Below are positions 12,001 through 21,100 of a DNA stretch of 64,000 nucleotides, in pieces (the stretch's first letter is position 1; the number at the start of each line of letters is the position of its first letter). The notes below the pieces were generated by a model. The model was not told the origin of the DNA. It saw only the letters and a list, made by a program, of their open reading frames with translations, and ran no database searches. Source of the DNA: an uncultured virus (IMG/VR IMGVR_UViG_3300030104_004432) (Duplodnaviria > Heunggongvirae > Uroviricota > Caudoviricetes). Where the stretch lies: IMG/VR virus record IMGVR_UViG_3300030104_004432. The stretch is one strand, 5' to 3'. The translations under genes and the position numbers were made by a program.

Positions 12001-15000
12001 TTCATCCATTTTAGATGCTGATACAGGTACTTTTAATATTGATAATCATTTCTTTAGAACTGGTGAAGAATTAGTTTATACTCCAAAATCAACAATAATT
12101 GGAATTGGTTCTACACCCGTGATGTATCGTGATATAAGTGCTGGTATTACATCAACTCTACCATCTACAGTATTTGGTATAAAGAAAACTGACAATTCAT
12201 TCCAAATTGCAACTACAAGAGCAAATGCAAATGCTGGTACTGCAATAACATTTACTGGATTTGGTGAAGGAAATGCACATACTTTATCAATGAAAGATCC
12301 TAATGAAAGATCATTAATAACTATCGATGATATAGTTCAATATCCAGTAACACCATCTCCAATATCACATACACTAAAATACAATCATAATGTTCATATT
12401 GGGTTGAATAATACTATATTCTCTTTAAGTGGTATTTCAACAATACATGTTGAGGATGTATTAAAAATTGATAATGAATATATGAGAGTTATTGACGTTG
12501 GTACTGGATCAAGTTCAATTGGTCCAATTACACCAGGAATCGGAACTTACCCATTAGTTTCTGTTGAAAGAGGTTCTGTTGGTACTGCTAAATCTATTCA
12601 TGAAAATGGGGATCAAGTTAATAAGTTTAAAGGTGGTTTTAATATTGTAGATAGTACAATTTACTTTACCAATGCACCAAGAGGAAATCCTAATAGATCC
12701 TTAACTGATGGTGGATTAGACTTTCCAACTTCAGAATTTACTGGAAGAACATTCCTAAGAAATAATTATTCTACTAATGACATATATGATGATGTTTCTG
12801 ATCAATTTAATGGAATAACAACACAATTTACATTAACTGTTGGTGGTGCAAATACTATTGGTATTGGAACTACAGGTGGAAATGGTATATTATTCATAAA
12901 TGGTATATTCCAAACACCAACAACCGATAATAATCCAAGAAATAACTTTAAGATTATAGAAACTGGTAGTGGAGCAACAGGTGTAACTAGTGTTATATTC
13001 TCAGGAATAACTTCAACTAATGGTGAATTAATTATTTCCGATAGTGATGTTAATAGAAATGGAATACCTAGAGGTGGAATTCCTATATCATATGGTTCAA
13101 CAACTGGATCTGGTTATGCACCTTTAGTTGGAGCATTGGTAAGACCTGTTTTAGATAATGATGGAACTATTACTGGTATAGTTGGTGTTCCAACTGCTGG
13201 AAGTCCATTGGCAGTGGATAACGCACAATATGACAATACATCGGGTATATTAACAGTTACTACTTTTGAAGAACATCAATTAGTTAATGGTGGAGTTAGT
13301 GTTGATGAAGTTAAATTGATGCGTCTTGAATTTTCATGTCCTGCTGGTCATGAAGGTATAACAACTACTTTCTTCCCAAGTGGTGTTTATGGAGATAGGT
13401 TCTCTGTTATTAGTGTTGGTGCAACAAATGAATTTACAGTAAATGTTGGAACTAGTACAATTCCACATACCTATGTTGGTTCTGGAACTGCTTTCCCATA
13501 TTATGGTGATTTAAAACTAGGATCTGGTTACAATAGCATTGTTTCTATTGGTGTTTCAGTTATAGATGATGGATATGATCATAGATTTGTAAGTGCTGAA
13601 AATAATTCAATTATTAAGACCACCTGGGATGGTACGACAATTACTCCTACAAATGCAACATATCATCCTAGTTCTGGAATTGTTACCTTTACGGTAGCAT
13701 CTCATGGATTAGCAACAGACGATTTGGTAGGTATCAAAACAGAGTCATTGACATTTAAGTGCTCTAAAGACAATTATGCATCAGATCATAAGTATCCCAG
13801 ACCACCATTCCCTCATACTTTTGATAGTGCTGATGCTAATGCTGTTAATAACTCATTACAACCTACTGGTGCTGCTTACAACCCCCTAACAGGTGATATG
13901 GTATTGACATTTGCTTCTGCTCATGGAATAAGTAATGGAGCAACTATAACAATTGCCAATAATTCTATTAACTTTAAGTGTTCTAGAGATGGTTTCACAA
14001 CAATACATAGTTATCCAAGATCAGCAGATCCTGCATCTGGATCTAGTTTAACGGTTTCTAATGCAACTGCTAATAGTGGAAAAGATCTTACAGTTAATGT
14101 TGGAGAATCAAAAACAGGAGATCATGTATCTGGTATTTTAACAGCAGTTACTAAGGTAAATAATGACATCTTTAGTGTATTTGTTGGTTCATCTGTAGGA
14201 AAGGATGCAACTATTACAGCAACTCCAAAAACATATAATACTCATGTATTTGATTCTTCTAATAGTTCTTTAAATAATGCTCTTTTATTTGGTGATTGGA
14301 CGGGTTCTACAGTAAGAACTCCAAATAATGCAACATATGCTCCAGATACTGGTGATTTGGTATTGTCAATTGGATCTCATACCTTTACAACTTCAAATAC
14401 TGTTGGAATTAAGACTAGTTCTTTAGCATTCAGATGCAATCAAGATGATTACAATAGTATTCATAAGTATCCTAGAGAAACAGATCCAGTTAATGGTATA
14501 CAAACTGCAATTACTGCTGTAGATCAATCTGGTGGAACAATTACAGTTAACGTTGGAAAATCTAATGTTAATACTGGTGGTGCATTAGACTTTACTATAG
14601 TTGGTGGTGGTAAGAGTTATACTAATCCTGTAATATCTGTATCACCACCATCATATAGTAATTTGGATGTAATAGGAGTTTCTAGATTGGGAGAAGGTCC
14701 AACTACAGATACTGGATCTGGTCTTCGTGTAACTCCTGTAGTTGGTGCTAGTCAGACATCTGGAATTGGATCTGGATTCTTTGAAGTTAGTGATTTTGAA
14801 ATTACTAGAACTGGTTATGGATTTAAGAGTGGTGATGTTTTTGAACCAATTGGATTAGTTACTGATAGAAAATTATATGAACCACATGAGAAGGCAACAA
14901 TGCAAATTCAAAATGTTTATTTTGATGATTTTACAATGTGGCAATTTGGAGAATTTGATTATATTGATTCAATTGAAAATTACCAGGATGGTCTAAGAAC

Positions 15001-16477
15001 AAGATTCCCATTATATTATAATGGAAATAGAATTAGTGTTGATGCTGATCCAGCATTTGATAGTGATTTGAATAATGTAATGCTTGTGGTTATAAATGGT
15101 GTTATTCAGCAACCAAAAGAAGCATATAATTTTATAGGTGGAGCAAGTATAAATTTTGTAAGACCTTTGGATAAAGAAGATAAGGTGGCAATATTCTTCT
15201 ATAAAGGAACAGATCTTGAAGATGCTGTAGTTTCAACAGGAATGACTGTGATTGTTGAAACGGGTGATAGAGTTCAAGTATCAGGTGTAGCAACTGGTTT
15301 TGATAATTCTGGTAATCTAGGTGTTTTACAACAAGATGAACGAATTGTTAAGTATTTGAATACTTCAACTAGTTTAGAAACAAATATCTATACTGGAGAT
15401 GGTATAGATGAGGACTTATTCAGACCAATAAATCTTCTAAAACAGAAAGAAGATCGGATAATTGATAGTACATTAGTAACAAAGAAGAGAGTTAGTTTAG
15501 AACCAATAATTCTTCCATCTGCAAAAATAATTGGTGATTTTACTACTAGTGATAATAGTTTTTATGTTGATAGTGCTGATTTATTTGATTATGAGCAACC
15601 AGATCAACAATTTAGTGGAATAATTGTTTCGGGTAAAGAAAATCCATCTATACCATCTGCAACTGCAACCATTAATAGTACAGAAACTACGGTAACATCA
15701 ATTTCAGTTACTGGAGGTTCTGGATATACTTCAGTTCCATCTGTTTCTATTTCGGCACCACCAGAAATTGGTGTTGGTGTTGGAACCACTGCAACTGCAA
15801 CTGCAACCATATCTAATGGTACTGTAGACACCATTACAGTAACTGAAGGTGGACTTGGATATACAATCGCACCTAAAGTCTTAATTGAACCACCAAGTTC
15901 AATTGAAGAGCAATTGGCATCACCTGCAGGGGGTATTACGGTTCAAACATCTGCAGGAATACTTACTGGAATAGGGACAACTACTGTTGGTTCATCATTA
16001 GGAATCAGATTTGTTGGTATGTCAACAGCAGGAGCAGGAGTAGCTGCATTTGCCCCATTAAGTGTTGGGAATCCACTTTACATTTATGGAACTCAAGTTG
16101 GAACTGGAGTAACATCTATGAATGTTACGGGATCTGATACTGTTGGTATTGGAACTAGTTTTGCAGATAATGTATATACTGTTGCAGAATTTACTACATA
16201 TGGATCTCAACCAAATGTAGTTGGTTTTATTACATGTGTTATAAAATCAGATACTAATGTAGTTGGACTTGCATCAACTTCAACAACTTTAAGTCCTGTT
16301 GGATATTATTCTGTTGGTAAGTTGACTAATTTTACTAGAAGTTCTTCACCAATTTCTCTCAGTGTTACTGGATTAACAGTTGATGTAGGGTTAACAACAT
16401 TCCCAACATTACAAAGAAGAGGTGGTCCAGGAGATGATACTTGGAAGCAAACTGGTGGATTAAAAACACCAGAATAA
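3077..16477 (+). CDS. g7: Giant baseplate wedge initiator gp7-like protein (4466 aa)
   Basis: Between g6 and g8; N-terminal 'F...YY.SQE', 'Y.TKGT..S..ILF..LY' and 'DYYQNLSYS...W.......H.SG' motifs of cyanophage gp7; many inserted beta-rich modules. Confidence 0.8.
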   Translation: MIQTGFESRVKIQDIISNQLPNYILDESPLTSDFLKQYYISQEYQSGAVDLADNLDQYLRLDNLTPDVVVDSTTLSEKISSTDTTITVSNTKGFPNTYGLLKIDNEIITYTDKTSTTFTGCERGFSGITSYHQDLNEEDLVFSTSNAAEHEKDANIQNLSSLFLKEFYKKTKKTFTPGLENINFDPEVDAGNFIREARSLYQTKGTNESFRILFNVLYNETPNILNLEDNLIKPSTARYVKRRIAIGQIISGNPLKLKGQSVFKSNLNTDINISVSEVEPFTRIGIGTYYSFGLFIDNSGSNEISNTFDIIPNTKVIGDIPINSSVITVDSTVGFSTSGVLVSGDNKINYTHKTLNQFLGVTSVTSPIETMDDIRSDQYYYGYENGDINKEVRLRFTGVLSEFTQDNTLSVNDGDIIGVKNIGDKVKNNNKNYKEIFANSWIYNTSSTTKLEYLSNGAASANLMSPVDRSSLKFGDRVEFIDSTNKKVIYPTPGKAFPYVSKKLQNGQKGIDLDELDEFKITENDNFSLRRKLKTANSSSTPIEFGNDKITSDVQNVYFGDDYAYVAANSLPSYSPDATSDNSFPYNEQINVNIRSSILNLSDDPNGLNPESLIDNDPIKALYTTISFTEPHLFENGDKIYYQPTNAPLVGIETGIYFIKKIDDKDIQLYGSRSSIISNQYIPVGKPVSDDGTHKFTLYSQRSGEISPQKLLKKFPLSSNIYNGESTPTTTGGTGMLINGVEINNYKSSHKMYYGPLDDVLVVNGGDNFDVVNPPNITVPNLSGTTALVQPVLSGKIDKVFLSNQDYDIESVVSIGISGGNGTGYNLEPVLKVRSREVSFNARPTTFGGGINTTPNTSNTGKITFLSNHNFTTGQSVKYECSTSSLVGVGVGGNETLANFGNYYARVMNSTTIKLYNTFDDSIFGNTGINTIQFNGEGSGIQKFTSDPKMTVDDIRVLDGGRNYTNRKLLVKPTGISTYTDTIIFKDHGFNSGELISYSAVDGNSAKIEGLDTTNIQYYVLKTDDDNFRLCNAGVGGTNRTNYENKNIEFLGSTGTGYQQFSYPEIKGFVKIISTTGQEADIPITPSVKGSIIDVYVYEGGTGYGSTIANNEVNPLITIKTGVNAILTPYFNNGRLFSVDVEYGGKDYYSIPDLQVIDPTGKGVGAELKPIIENLKITGVEISNAGIGYSSSSTISVKSAGQNAKLIPQVRSLTINNKVKFGGDSPYYQLVETDNKLKYAAYAYNSTLFDDDGNKSSGIIGWAYDGNPIYGPYGLGDPSESPSDTSGLARKLKSGYVLNTDNVIDRPLKSDFEEGYFIEDYKFDNSGDLDKFNGRFEKNKEFPNGVYAYHATINEFPYFIGNEYRSLPITENITTFDQSTFDFNTSGVLRNTLPYKVSDKFADNDFIIETNEIQEQEIEIQSVSSGSITGYDVLNVGSDYITNETLEFDESGTKGDSFSAKVGSIKGKDISVIETTVDTYDDSLLIWGEDTLECFIEPNHPLKDGDRVVISGLSSDLSNINGSYKIGITTFSSTAISTIFSSPTPGFTTEIYVSAIPESISIGSSILVGPETLKILNIFGNDNILRIERDSTNNASEYPAGIGITYITNSFKINKETDYFNSSRKKSIYFNPTKSVGIGTTPGTNYEVSFDFAGNSVTRNIPVRQLYIENHPFKTNQKISLTIPSGNIAISTNKVDPPFNIPTSLYVVNKGINTLGIKTGIGTASDGYEYEEVYFRSLTNADTDKYLLQSDDIVQVTSKVQRIKSVVSVSTVGTFNSGYHELSNGDDIILKVEPNINSGIGSDTNIEVKRDLSSGKILINPITFNVGDVNINDNTITLGSKGFNLKTGDKVLYSGSAAGLSTGNYYVYKVDDKIVKLCKTYSEATQEIPNVIDITSVGISGQSISLINPPIKYTNNTNLVFDHSDSSMNGYDFKVYYDQEFKNPFVGTGNTSSFNVSTTSNTTTLTYSDNLSKKLYYNIEKSGFISTSDTDVLNYSEILSINSVYDGEYIISGVGQTNFTIFLNEIPERTTYQATECDVIEYTTKSKSAKGPINKIKIISGGSGYKNLPTFVGVGTTSTGKDASIILKSDSMGNVSKVRFINAGFEYSSDKTLEPIAYVSPIIELKNSNSVGIVTVISGGENYLSAPKIVIIDSDTKEVINSGLLEAELLDTSIFEVNVAEKPYGLPEQTVTLKTSNNTNGITISRVDSPGTSNGPSNPSEFLLTLVTPTTNFGTAPFKLNDEIFVEGIEKYGTDGTGCNSTDLGYEFLKVTEIIGSSENPNPFKFRVSAAGISTGVGVAVTIPTQFTSVVNKSDYPTFSVVQSKEDFDIGETLIVNDVITNIKITQNNQTSVKVSGLNVDDLSVDDVIVGNTSGNKGTIKKITENNGKYDVGFSHIKDIGWFDEIGKLNDDTQVTPNNDYYQNLSYSVQSSITWDKLQTQVNNILHTSGLKNFADTGITSTSSISIGSTSETSIIRDYISEKRVDEIKGLDLVRDIDITGNVARLIEFKNLRLSDYISCLTNDVFVIDNINSQFSNLEDSETYYTDIMEIPADGRYTNLLVRISDNNRITGISTQIQLSELVLMNSYAYSTNNQNTLLEKYRVFNSDVDGYVSIEEDQLGSFIIEKNDNNINVLRFYPKDKFDTDYNLKILTGRFTTVNSGVSTIKVGSIDKSVFVQTVPTGNTDLIVEVGIDSISSLFANSQIIDVSTGEMNFVESYITQDGQHSFISEAYNDTNPVATSDNKIGILTSTLSGNVLSLKYENNTSSDVIIKSNVVGFGSTGFITPEGHTGVGTYRFKSIDEPDGYERSIIYQGISTSGVGKTTIVDISSNLFDSAKSIVEVSVGSSKAVHEVLSVHDTNNIFVQPAKFISGVVSPIGNTGLGTFGGEYEGGNLVVSFYPDDEVGMTTVSIFNECLYTGVDALNIPQTLFYGNVYNEKLGYKYYNGISGDRINRRDFKLNTNSIPIYAKSFNPNSSILDADTGTFNIDNHFFRTGEELVYTPKSTIIGIGSTPVMYRDISAGITSTLPSTVFGIKKTDNSFQIATTRANANAGTAITFTGFGEGNAHTLSMKDPNERSLITIDDIVQYPVTPSPISHTLKYNHNVHIGLNNTIFSLSGISTIHVEDVLKIDNEYMRVIDVGTGSSSIGPITPGIGTYPLVSVERGSVGTAKSIHENGDQVNKFKGGFNIVDSTIYFTNAPRGNPNRSLTDGGLDFPTSEFTGRTFLRNNYSTNDIYDDVSDQFNGITTQFTLTVGGANTIGIGTTGGNGILFINGIFQTPTTDNNPRNNFKIIETGSGATGVTSVIFSGITSTNGELIISDSDVNRNGIPRGGIPISYGSTTGSGYAPLVGALVRPVLDNDGTITGIVGVPTAGSPLAVDNAQYDNTSGILTVTTFEEHQLVNGGVSVDEVKLMRLEFSCPAGHEGITTTFFPSGVYGDRFSVISVGATNEFTVNVGTSTIPHTYVGSGTAFPYYGDLKLGSGYNSIVSIGVSVIDDGYDHRFVSAENNSIIKTTWDGTTITPTNATYHPSSGIVTFTVASHGLATDDLVGIKTESLTFKCSKDNYASDHKYPRPPFPHTFDSADANAVNNSLQPTGAAYNPLTGDMVLTFASAHGISNGATITIANNSINFKCSRDGFTTIHSYPRSADPASGSSLTVSNATANSGKDLTVNVGESKTGDHVSGILTAVTKVNNDIFSVFVGSSVGKDATITATPKTYNTHVFDSSNSSLNNALLFGDWTGSTVRTPNNATYAPDTGDLVLSIGSHTFTTSNTVGIKTSSLAFRCNQDDYNSIHKYPRETDPVNGIQTAITAVDQSGGTITVNVGKSNVNTGGALDFTIVGGGKSYTNPVISVSPPSYSNLDVIGVSRLGEGPTTDTGSGLRVTPVVGASQTSGIGSGFFEVSDFEITRTGYGFKSGDVFEPIGLVTDRKLYEPHEKATMQIQNVYFDDFTMWQFGEFDYIDSIENYQDGLRTRFPLYYNGNRISVDADPAFDSDLNNVMLVVINGVIQQPKEAYNFIGGASINFVRPLDKEDKVAIFFYKGTDLEDAVVSTGMTVIVETGDRVQVSGVATGFDNSGNLGVLQQDERIVKYLNTSTSLETNIYTGDGIDEDLFRPINLLKQKEDRIIDSTLVTKKRVSLEPIILPSAKIIGDFTTSDNSFYVDSADLFDYEQPDQQFSGIIVSGKENPSIPSATATINSTETTVTSISVTGGSGYTSVPSVSISAPPEIGVGVGTTATATATISNGTVDTITVTEGGLGYTIAPKVLIEPPSSIEEQLASPAGGITVQTSAGILTGIGTTTVGSSLGIRFVGMSTAGAGVAAFAPLSVGNPLYIYGTQVGTGVTSMNVTGSDTVGIGTSFADNVYTVAEFTTYGSQPNVVGFITCVIKSDTNVVGLASTSTTLSPVGYYSVGKLTNFTRSSSPISLSVTGLTVDVGLTTFPTLQRRGGPGDDTWKQTGGLKTPE

Positions 16478-16496
16478 TGATTATTATAATATGTTG

Positions 16497-16504
16497 TATA
16501 AATA
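16497..16504 (+). promoter_or_regulatory. Late promoter TATAAATA
   Basis: Exact consensus in the g7-g8 intergenic region. Confidence 0.8.
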
Positions 16505-16521
16505 TCTAAAAAACTATTAAG

Positions 16522-18153
16522 ATGCCAGCGGTAGTAACAGATCAATTTAGAATAGTAAATGCTAGTAATTTTATAGATTCTATATCAGATACTAGTAATT
16601 CTTACTATGTATTTTTAGGATTAGCAAATCCAACAACTGGAAATCGGTTAGCAGATGGAACTGAGAGTGTAGGAATTGGAAGAAGTAGTACTTGGAATAA
16701 TGGTACTGAATTAAGTGTTCCAACTCCAACAGATAATTTACAATATCTATCTCTTTATAATGAGACTCAACTTTTTGGTAAAAAGATAACTACATCTAAT
16801 GTTAAAAGGGTAATTACGAAATATCAGTGGAGAGCTAATACTAGATACGATATGTATCGTCATGATTATGATATTTCAAAAAATCCCTCACCAAACGGAA
16901 AAAGTGGGTTATATAATACAAATTATTATGTAATGAATTCTGATTATAGGGTTTATATTTGTATTGATAATGGATCTAGTGGAAGTTTACCTCAAGGAAA
17001 AAGATCTTTAGATGAACCAACATTTACTGATTTAGAACCATCTGCAGCAGGAACAAGTGGAGATGGATATATTTGGAAATATCTTTATACAGTTAATCCT
17101 AGTGATATTATAAAATTTGATTCTACAAAATATATTGTTTTGCCAAATGATTGGTCAACATCAACTGATCCTCAAATAGAAACTGTTAGAGATGCTGGTA
17201 ATTCTGATTTATATAAAAATCAAATTAAAAAAATTTATATTGAAAATGCTGGATCTGGATATAGTGATACAACACCAGATGGTGAGACTGTAAATATATT
17301 AGGTGATGGTGTAGGTGGTAAAGCAATAGTAAAAATTGATGATAGTAGTATAAGTAGTGTTGAGGTTATTTCTGGAGGTTCTGGATATACCTATGGAATT
17401 GTTGATTTGAGTACTTTAAATAACGAGGGTGTAAACTCACCAAGTTTTAGTTATGCAAAATTAATACCGATTATTCCACCTTCTAAGGGACATGGATATG
17501 ATCTTTATAAAGAATTGGGTGCAGATAAAGTTTTAGTCTATAATAGATTTGATGATTCTACTAAGGATTTTCCTATAGACACCCATTTTGCACAAGTTGG
17601 TATTATAAAAAATCCCAATAAATATAACTCTACAGATATTTGCAAATTAGGTGAATATTCATCATTAAGTTCGATGGCTTTAACTTCAGCTGCAAATATT
17701 CCAGCAACTTCTGCTCTTATTGGTGCTCCAATAACACAAACACAAGCTAATGGTGATGTTGCTAAAGGTTATGTTGCATCATATGATGCAGAAACAAAAG
17801 TTCTAAAATATTGGCAAGATAGATCTTTATATTTTCCAAACAATAAAGACCAATTAGATGCACAAGATGTAGATACTATTGCAAAATATGTACCATTTGT
17901 ATCTGACGGTACTAAAAATATTGTATGTACAAGAAATGATGCAAATTTTGATGTAGTTATTGATGTAACCATGAATGGTATAACAAAAGTAGTTGGTGAT
18001 AAATTAGTAAATCTTGGGGTTGAATTTACAAATGGTCTTGCAAATCCTGAGATAAATAAAAAGACGGGTGATATAATTTATATCGACAACCGCAAAGAGG
18101 TTGAACGTGATCTAAGGCAAAAAGAAGACGTTAAAATTATTCTGGAATTCTAA
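16522..18153 (+). CDS. g8: Baseplate wedge subunit gp8
   Basis: 'YDMYRHDY', 'YYVMNSDYRVYICIDNG', 'DGYIWKYLYT', C-terminal 'GDIIYIDNR...R...QKED.KIILEF'. Confidence 0.92.
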   Translation: MPAVVTDQFRIVNASNFIDSISDTSNSYYVFLGLANPTTGNRLADGTESVGIGRSSTWNNGTELSVPTPTDNLQYLSLYNETQLFGKKITTSNVKRVITKYQWRANTRYDMYRHDYDISKNPSPNGKSGLYNTNYYVMNSDYRVYICIDNGSSGSLPQGKRSLDEPTFTDLEPSAAGTSGDGYIWKYLYTVNPSDIIKFDSTKYIVLPNDWSTSTDPQIETVRDAGNSDLYKNQIKKIYIENAGSGYSDTTPDGETVNILGDGVGGKAIVKIDDSSISSVEVISGGSGYTYGIVDLSTLNNEGVNSPSFSYAKLIPIIPPSKGHGYDLYKELGADKVLVYNRFDDSTKDFPIDTHFAQVGIIKNPNKYNSTDICKLGEYSSLSSMALTSAANIPATSALIGAPITQTQANGDVAKGYVASYDAETKVLKYWQDRSLYFPNNKDQLDAQDVDTIAKYVPFVSDGTKNIVCTRNDANFDVVIDVTMNGITKVVGDKLVNLGVEFTNGLANPEINKKTGDIIYIDNRKEVERDLRQKEDVKIILEF

Positions 18154-18159
18154 AAAACA

Positions 18160-21100
18160 ATGGCTCAAAAAACTAATTTAAATATAAGTCCATACTATGA
18201 TGATTTTGATTCTGAAAAGAATTTTTATAAGGTTCTTTATAAACCAGGATTTCCAGTTCAAGCAAGAGAATTAACTGGTACACAATCTATTTTACAAAAT
18301 CAAATACAATCATTTGGTGATCATATATTCAAAGAAGGATCTGTTGTTATTCCAGGTAATATTGCATATGATGGACAGTTTTCTGCTGTTAAATTAGATA
18401 TAGAAAATTATGGTATAGATATATCTCTTTATATTAAAGATTTTATAGGTAAAAAAATTACAGGTAGATTATCTGGAATAGAGGCAACTCTTAAATATGT
18501 TGCTTTACCTGGTGTTGATGATGTTGATGATGTAACAGTTTACGTTACATATACAAGTGCAGATAATAATAATGAGTTAAATTCGTTTACTGATGGTGAA
18601 CAATTAGTTTGTTCTGATAGTATTACTTATGGAAATACTACAATAAATGCTGGAACTCCATTTGCATCTTTAATTTCCTCTGGTGCAACTTCTATTGGAT
18701 CAGCAGCATATATCCAAAAGGGTGTTTATTTTGTAAGAGGGTATTTTGTAAATGTTACTGATCAAACTATTATTTTAGATTATTATTCTAATGCACCATC
18801 TTATAGGGTTGGGCTAAGAATTGATGAATTAATTGTTAGTGCAAAAGATGATAATTCATTATATGATAATGCAAAAGGTTTTAATAATTTTTCTGCTCCT
18901 GGTGCGGATAGATTTAAAATTAATTTAACTTTAAGTAAAAAAGCTTTAGATGATCAAGATGATACTGATTTTGTTGAGTTACTTAGAGTCAAAAAAGGAA
19001 AAATTAAGATATTAAATACAAAATCAAATTACAATATAGTTAGAGATTGGATAGCAGAAAGAACTCATGACGAATCTGGAGATTATACTGTAAATCCATT
19101 TAAAATATCAGTATTGGATTCATTAAATGATAATTTGGGTAATGGTGGATTATTTTATAAGGATGAAAAAACAGATCAGTTAAATCTTCCATCTGAAGAT
19201 ATGATGTGTGTAAGAGTTTCTGATGGAAAGGCATATGTTCAAGGATATGATATTGAGAAAGTTGGAACTACTATAATTGATGTTGAAAAACCAAGAGATG
19301 TTGGAATTAACAGTACTGCAAGTGTTAATTTTAATATGGGTAGTGTTATTAGAATTAATAACGTATCTGGTCTACCAAAGCAAGGTGAATTAGTCCAATT
19401 TTATGATGGATTTGGACAAACTGGTAGTATTATAGGTAGTGCAAGGGCATATAATATTAATTTAAGAAATGAGGAATATTCTGATGCTTCGACTGTTTGG
19501 GATTTAAGCTTATTTGATGTACAAACAACAACTCAAATTACATTAAATGATGTTGTTTCATCAACTGAATTGCCAAATAGTTCTTTTGTTAAAGGAAAAA
19601 GTAGTGGTGCCAGTGGTTATGCTGTGGGTGCTGGTAGTGGTTCATCGAGGATTGATTTGAATCAAACTACTGGAACTTTTGCTAAAGGTGAACAGATAGA
19701 GGTAAATGGTGTAGATTTTTCTAGAACTATTGGTATATCTACTGCAAATACTACACAATCAATTAAATCTTTTAAACAAACAGGAATTACTGGTTTTCCA
19801 CCTTTTACAGCAGATTCAAATTTAGATGTATTCCAACTTCCAAATGGAATAACTGATTGTGTAATTACTACAAGATCTGCTACTGATAATACTGGTATTT
19901 CTACCATAACTGCTGGTGCAAAGCAATTTAGTGGACTTAGAATAGGATCTACAATAATATATCAAAAATACAGTAGCGCAGATCCCACTTATAATAAAGT
20001 TAAATCTATAGGTGCTGGTAATACAAGCATAGTAGTATCACCAATTGATCCATCAGTTCCTGGTGTTTTTGATGGTGAATTGCCATCCAATACAACAACA
20101 ACACAATCTACGATTAGAATGTTTGTTGGTGCACCAATACTAAGAGGAAGTGGTATTTTACATGCACCATTAGGTAATAGAAATGTATCTACAGTTGATC
20201 TTTCAAATTCTAATTTGAGGGTTACTAAACAATTAACTGATATGACTATTGGATCTCAAGTTGGTAATCAACTTCTTGTTAATATTGCTGATGTTACTGG
20301 GCAATATACAGAAATTACTTCAGATGCAACATTTGAACCTTTTGATGAGGAAAGATATTCTGTTCATTATAGTGGTGGTGGAATAGGTGCAATTACAGAG
20401 GATACATTTAAATATGAGTTGAGTGGTGGTAGAATTAGAATTGATGGTTTGAGTGATGGTAACAATAACGTTCTTACAGCATCTGTTAAGAAAAAGGGTA
20501 TTAAAAGTAAGATAAAGAATTATAATAAGAGTAAGATGTTGGATGTTGTATATTCAAAATATGCAAGATCTGGTAGCACTGCTATAGGTAATGGAGCAAA
20601 ACAATTAGCAGATGGACTTACATATGATCAAAATCAAAGATATGGTTTAAGAGTTCAAGATGAAAGGATATCATTAAACTATCCAGATGTAGCTAAATTT
20701 ATAGCAGTCTATGAATCTATTGATAATGAAAAACCAACTTTAGATGAATTTAAATTTAGTAGTACTGCAAATGTTCAAATAAATGCTATTTTGGGTGAAA
20801 ATATTGTTGGGTATAACTCTAAGGCAATTGCTAGAGTAGTAAATAAATCATCTACAGATGTTAATACATTAGGAATTGTTTATTTGACAAATACTCGTTT
20901 TACAGAGGGAGAAACCGTCAATTTTGATGAGTCTAATATTGATACTAATATTGAATCAATAACTAATGGTACATATAAAGATATTACAAATTCATTTAAA
21001 TTAGATAAGGGTCAAAAAGATCAATATTATGATTATTCTTCCATTGTTAGAACTAGAGGATCATCAGAACCTTCTGGTAGATTATTAGTTATTTTTGATT

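Noticed and set aside
3077..16477. Stop-codon recoding or an intein explaining the giant gp7
   Set aside because: The ORF is open in the standard code, TAA/TAG/TGA all act as stops in neighbouring genes, and no intein or LAGLIDADG motifs were recognised
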